A program made the translations under genes and the position numbers. A stretch of 64,000 nucleotides of DNA from Nostoc sp. (GTDB lineage Bacteria; Cyanobacteriota; Cyanobacteriia; Cyanobacteriales; Nostocaceae): assembly GCF_036919595.1 (NCBI RefSeq), contig NZ_JBALCO010000016.1:32028-96027 (forward strand). Reading direction: 5' to 3'. Shown here piece after piece: positions 59,968 through 64,000 of this stretch; position 1 is the first letter of the stretch; the number at the start of each line of letters is the position of its first letter. The notes below the pieces were generated by a model that saw only the letters and a list, made by a program, of their open reading frames with translations, searched no databases and was not told where the DNA came from.

Positions 59968-62661
59968 ATGCAAGAAAATTGGCAAGTTTTGCTAAAGAAA
60001 GAAATTGCAAACCAATATGTGCATAATTCACAAGAATGGGTTGATTTAAATATTTCTACATCAGGTTTATTGAATTTGACTATTGTAAGCGATCGCTTTA
60101 TTAATTTATCTATTCCTCAGAGGAAAGAAGAAAGTTTAAATTTACTTAAATCACAAGTTCCTCATTTATCTCCTGGGTTTATTTCTTTATATACGCTTCA
60201 AGAAGCAGATTCACTAAATCTTTCAGCACCGCAGGCTTTTAATACAGCTTCAGTACAAACTTGGCAAGATTTAGCAATTCAAGCAGCAAATCCGCAAAAT
60301 CAACCTCAACTTCCGCAGCGTGAACCCAGTTTACCCAGAACCGTAACCTTTTATTCCTTTAAAGGAGGAGTAGGTAGAACTACTGCATTAACCCATGTTG
60401 CTTCAATTTTGGCAATGCGTGGTCTTAAAGTCGTAGCTGTGGATTTAGATTTAGAAGCACCTGGCTTGAGTACAGCATTCAATCTCAAACCTCAACCAAA
60501 GTATGGAATAGTTGACTATTTTTATGAGCGTTCCTACTTACCAGAAGACGTAGAACCAAGTATTTCAATTGCTGAAATATTTGGTGAAGTGAAAATCTCT
60601 AACGCCACAGGAAGATTATTTGTTGTTCCTGCTGGTTGTCTTAATCTTGATTATGTCTCTAAAGTTGATGATCTTCATGCAACTACTATTATTGATAGAG
60701 ATCAAAGTCTTTGGTCTGTTTTTAAACGTGAGATTTACGAACAATTAAAACCTGATATTATCTTAATTGATTCGAGAACTGGAATCAATCAATGGGGAGC
60801 TTTATCACTAATTCAAGCAGCTGACGAAGCAATTGTATTTCTTTTTCCTAACGAGCAAAATAAACAAGGAATAGAACTTTTAATACAATCACTACAATGG
60901 TTAAAAAACTTATCTATTAATTTTGTTTTTTCTCCTGTTCCTGATGTTACTGAGATTGGTCTTTCAAAAGTAAAACAAATTTGGTACTCATTGCTGAACA
61001 GATTAAATACGGTAACAAATGAAAACTATGAAACAGATGAAGATGAGCCAGATTTAGATAATTCTCAAACTCCAATAGAAAAACTTTTAGTAGTCCCTTA
61101 TCTTTTGCCAATCGCTTTGGCTGATAGCTATCCTGTACAAGGTATGCAAGATTACTACACAAAAATTGCTAACTTAATTGATGAAAAAACTGATGAATTG
61201 AAACGTAGCAATGTTTTAAATACAATAGATCATCGGTGGGATATTATTGAAAGTTTGCGATTTCCTGAAGTAAATGCTGCCGATCCAAAACAAGATTTGA
61301 ATTTATTATTTCAGCGTACTACTGATTTTGAAAGATTTTTAGACGATACAACCTGTCTAATTAGAGGGCGAAAAGGCACAGGAAAAACTGCACTTTATTG
61401 GCTTTTTCTAAAACACAAAAGTGTTGCTCAAAAATTAGCTCATGGACGGTTAGATAATACTGTATTTTTGTCAGCACATGGGAGATTTCAGGAAAGTCGC
61501 CCATCTCGTGATGAATTTCAAATTATCCATCAAACTTTACAACAAAATAGAGGCACATGGGAAGCTTTCTGGAGAGCTTATTTACTATTTAGATGTCATC
61601 AGGAAAATTTGTTTAACTTTCCTAAAGGAAAGAAAAGCGCAAAGTATAGTGAATTGAGGAAAATTATTAACAATTTACCTAAAGAAAGATGGCAGTCTGA
61701 ATCTACTCAAGTTTTGTTAGAATTATCTACTAACTCTGAACTTCGCCTCATAGTCAAAGATGCCATAGATATTCTGCTTAATGAAGAAACCAAAAATAAT
61801 TCTCAAAAACTGTGGTTTCTTTACGATGATTTAGATGAAGATTTTCCTGAAGTAGGAGGAATAAGACAGCAAGCACTTACTGGATTATTTCAATTAGTAC
61901 AATCTTGTGATGCTAACAGATTAACAGAAATTAGATTCAAAATCTTCTTAAGAGAAGATATATGGAATCGTTTAAGTTTTGACAATAAAAGTCATTTTAC
62001 TGGACGGGATATTATCTTACAGTGGACTAGGATTGATTTTTTACGATTAGCACTTCGTCAAGCAATACAATCTGAAGATTTCAAGAATTTGGTTGACCGT
62101 ATTTCTCCTGTCGCTTTTGAAAGTATTGATCAAGCTACAGAAGAGGCAATTGATAAAGCCTTAGAATTACTGTGGGGAAGTCGTCGCCGAGGTGGAAATA
62201 GAGCTAAAAATGTATCTCGATGGGTTTATGAGCGATTAACAGACTCAAGTAACACTACTTTTCCTCGGAGTTTAAGTATATTACTTAAAGGAGCAAAAGA
62301 ACAAGAACTAACCTATAAGGGACAATCATCAAGCAAATTCCGTACAGATCGCCTACTTCAAGGAAAATCCTTAGAATTTGGTTTGAAAAAAGCATCAGAA
62401 AAGCGGTGTGAAGAAATTAAAGAGGAATACCCTGATTTGACTAAATTTTTTGATTATCTTAAGGGTAAATTGGCTTTCTTATCTAAAGAACAGTTACAAA
62501 CAGTATGGCAAGAGTCAGCACATGATATAGCAGACTTTGAAGAATTTGCTTCTTTTTTAAGTGAAATTGGCATTATTGAATGGCGCGAAAAAGAGAAACG
62601 CTATAAGGTTGCTGATATCTATGTGTATGGTTTTGAAATGGATCGTAGAGGCGCGGTATAA
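59968..62661 (+). CDS. Fusion protein: MNT/BolA-like N-terminus + ParA/MinD-like ATPase + STAND (Sll1717-like) ATPase + winged helix
   Basis: FYSFKGGVGRTT (aa ~132), VDLDLEAPG, LIDSRTG; second P-loop GRKGTGKT (aa ~467), Walker B FLYDDLDE (aa ~619), KIFLREDIW, FPR; C-terminal LSEIGII...YKVADIY. Confidence 0.8.
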   Translation: MQENWQVLLKKEIANQYVHNSQEWVDLNISTSGLLNLTIVSDRFINLSIPQRKEESLNLLKSQVPHLSPGFISLYTLQEADSLNLSAPQAFNTASVQTWQDLAIQAANPQNQPQLPQREPSLPRTVTFYSFKGGVGRTTALTHVASILAMRGLKVVAVDLDLEAPGLSTAFNLKPQPKYGIVDYFYERSYLPEDVEPSISIAEIFGEVKISNATGRLFVVPAGCLNLDYVSKVDDLHATTIIDRDQSLWSVFKREIYEQLKPDIILIDSRTGINQWGALSLIQAADEAIVFLFPNEQNKQGIELLIQSLQWLKNLSINFVFSPVPDVTEIGLSKVKQIWYSLLNRLNTVTNENYETDEDEPDLDNSQTPIEKLLVVPYLLPIALADSYPVQGMQDYYTKIANLIDEKTDELKRSNVLNTIDHRWDIIESLRFPEVNAADPKQDLNLLFQRTTDFERFLDDTTCLIRGRKGTGKTALYWLFLKHKSVAQKLAHGRLDNTVFLSAHGRFQESRPSRDEFQIIHQTLQQNRGTWEAFWRAYLLFRCHQENLFNFPKGKKSAKYSELRKIINNLPKERWQSESTQVLLELSTNSELRLIVKDAIDILLNEETKNNSQKLWFLYDDLDEDFPEVGGIRQQALTGLFQLVQSCDANRLTEIRFKIFLREDIWNRLSFDNKSHFTGRDIILQWTRIDFLRLALRQAIQSEDFKNLVDRISPVAFESIDQATEEAIDKALELLWGSRRRGGNRAKNVSRWVYERLTDSSNTTFPRSLSILLKGAKEQELTYKGQSSSKFRTDRLLQGKSLEFGLKKASEKRCEEIKEEYPDLTKFFDYLKGKLAFLSKEQLQTVWQESAHDIADFEEFASFLSEIGIIEWREKEKRYKVADIYVYGFEMDRRGAV

Positions 62662-62696
62662 AAACAAATTTTATCGTATCACTATTTTGAACTACA

Positions 62697-62725
62697 GCGA
62701 TGTCTACGACGGGCTACGCCTACGC
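62697..62725 (+). repeat. 21-nt SDR5-like element inserted in a HIP1 site
   Basis: GCGAT + GTCTACGACGGGCTACGCCTA + CGC. Confidence 0.85.
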
Positions 62726-63239
62726 ACTTCTACTTTTACATAAAAACCCTGGAACAGCAGAATTTACCCAACTACCTGATAATTCAGTTGATTTAGTTAC
62801 TTGTTTTCAAGCTTTCCACTGGTTCAATCCTGAACCAACGTTATCAGAATTTCATCGTACTTTAAAATCGTCAGGATGTTTAGCTGTAGTTTGGAATAAT
62901 CGGGATAAAGAAGATACTTTTACAGCAGAATATAGCCGAATAGTCCACGAAGCATTTAACAATCACCCAGGAGAATCAAGGATGCAGTCAGTAGAGCTAC
63001 TGTTAAAAACTCCTCATTTTATCAACATCCGCGAATCCACTTTTACTTATAGCCAACAGTTAGATTTAACTGGACTTATTGGACGGGCAAAAAGTGTTTC
63101 TTATTTACCGAATGAAGTTTTAGCAGACAACAAATTTATTAATAATTTTCAAGAATTATATCAGCGTTTTTGTAATGAAAGTGGTTTTGTGTACTTGGTC
63201 TATTGCACTAACGTACACCTTGGCGAATCAATTAATTAA
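62700..63239 (+). pseudogene. 5'-truncated class I SAM-dependent methyltransferase
   Basis: GTAEFTQLPDNSVDLVTCFQAFHWF...LAVVWNNRD present, but SAM-binding motif I (xDxGxGxG) absent; similarity starts about 62750. Confidence 0.75.
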
Positions 63240-64000
63240 ATGACTTGTAACTCACAAATTACAGAAGGTTGGCATGGCAAACTTAATTTAGTCTATGCCG
63301 ATCGCCACAACACAACCAAATTAATTTACAGTCACCAACAAGCACCTTTGAAGGTACAACGCCCATTTTACCCAGAAGGGGAAAAAGTTTGTCATAGCGT
63401 AATTTTACATACAGCTGGGGGAATGGTGGGAGGCGATCGCTTATCCTCTAACATCCACCTCCAACCCCAAGCCCAAGCTTTAATCACCACAGCTGCTGCA
63501 AGCAAGATATATCGCAGCAATGGCTTACAAGCTAGACAAACCATCCAGATGCAAGTTGATGCTGGTGCTTGTTTGGAGTGGTTGCCGCAAGAGACAATTT
63601 TATTTAACGACGCGATTTATCGGCAAGATTTACGGGTAGAATTAGCAACCGGGGCCAGTTGGTTAGGCTGGGAAATTACCCGATTTGGTCGCAGTGCTAG
63701 AGGAGAAAAATTTTACCTTGGAGAATGGCGATCGCACACCGAAATTTGGCAAGAGGGTATTCCTTTATGGATTGATCGGCAATACTTACCGGGTAGCGAA
63801 GATATTTTTCACAGTCCCCACGGCTTGGCTGGAAAACCAATAGTAGGTAGTCTCGTTTGGGTTGGTGGTGCAGTTTCAGTAGAAATCGTCGAAAAAACGC
63901 GAAATTTATGGTATGGGGAAGGAAAAGCGGGTGTTACCAGGTTACAACATGGATTATTGTGTCGATATCGCGGTTCTTCCACATCTGAGGTTAGAAACTG
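63240..64000 (+). CDS. ureD: Urease accessory protein UreD (runs off the window)
   Basis: Not in ORF track. MTCNSQITEGWHGKLNLVY...QAPLKVQRPFYPEG..CHSVILHTAGGMVGGDRL...ITTAAASKIYRS...LEWLPQETI. Confidence 0.95.
   Translation, partial: MTCNSQITEGWHGKLNLVYADRHNTTKLIYSHQQAPLKVQRPFYPEGEKVCHSVILHTAGGMVGGDRLSSNIHLQPQAQALITTAAASKIYRSNGLQARQTIQMQVDAGACLEWLPQETILFNDAIYRQDLRVELATGASWLGWEITRFGRSARGEKFYLGEWRSHTEIWQEGIPLWIDRQYLPGSEDIFHSPHGLAGKPIVGSLVWVGGAVSVEIVEKTRNLWYGEGKAGVTRLQHGLLCRYRGSSTSEVRN

Noticed and set aside
63240-64000. Functional link between ureD (Ni enzyme maturation) and the NiCoT operon at the other end of the window
   Set aside because: More than 60 kb apart; co-occurrence in the window is not evidence of linkage.

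Overview
64 kb of chromosome from a heterocyst-forming cyanobacterium, most likely a Nostoc. This is inferred from dense HIP1 GCGATCGC octamers, heptamer STRR arrays, 21-nt SDR-type repeats and Nostocales-like proteins; no database was searched. Most of the window is conserved housekeeping or signalling backbone: iaaA, glmU, gor, hisC, cyaC, tRNA-Gly, pstSCAB with a Pho box, bioY, lspA, an FHA-PBP1A, apt, purF, purL, apcD, rlmD, pmgA, asnS, groESL with K-box and CIRCE, and the start of ureD. On top of this lie at least four MITE families, many small repeats (several inserted in-frame into genes) and about eight decayed genes that the ORF track misses or splits. The best candidate for an uncharacterised system is an AT-rich two-gene cassette right after the groEL terminator (59515-62661). 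It encodes a HEPN-domain protein followed by an 897-aa fusion of an apparently catalytically dead MNT/BolA-like domain, a ParA/MinD-like ATPase, a STAND-type (Sll1717-like) ATPase and a winged helix. It appears to have replaced the 5' half of a methyltransferase gene and looks like a toxin-antitoxin module upgraded to an NTPase-gated defence or conflict system. Secondary candidates are a DUF4331-TPR-NiCoT operon, an orphan Rpn C-terminal (antitoxin-like) ORF, a four-helix-bundle gene enclosed by inverted heptamer repeats, an outer-membrane barrel/FecR divergent pair and an orphan-terminator sRNA candidate. All family names come from motif recognition by eye and need HMM or structure confirmation.
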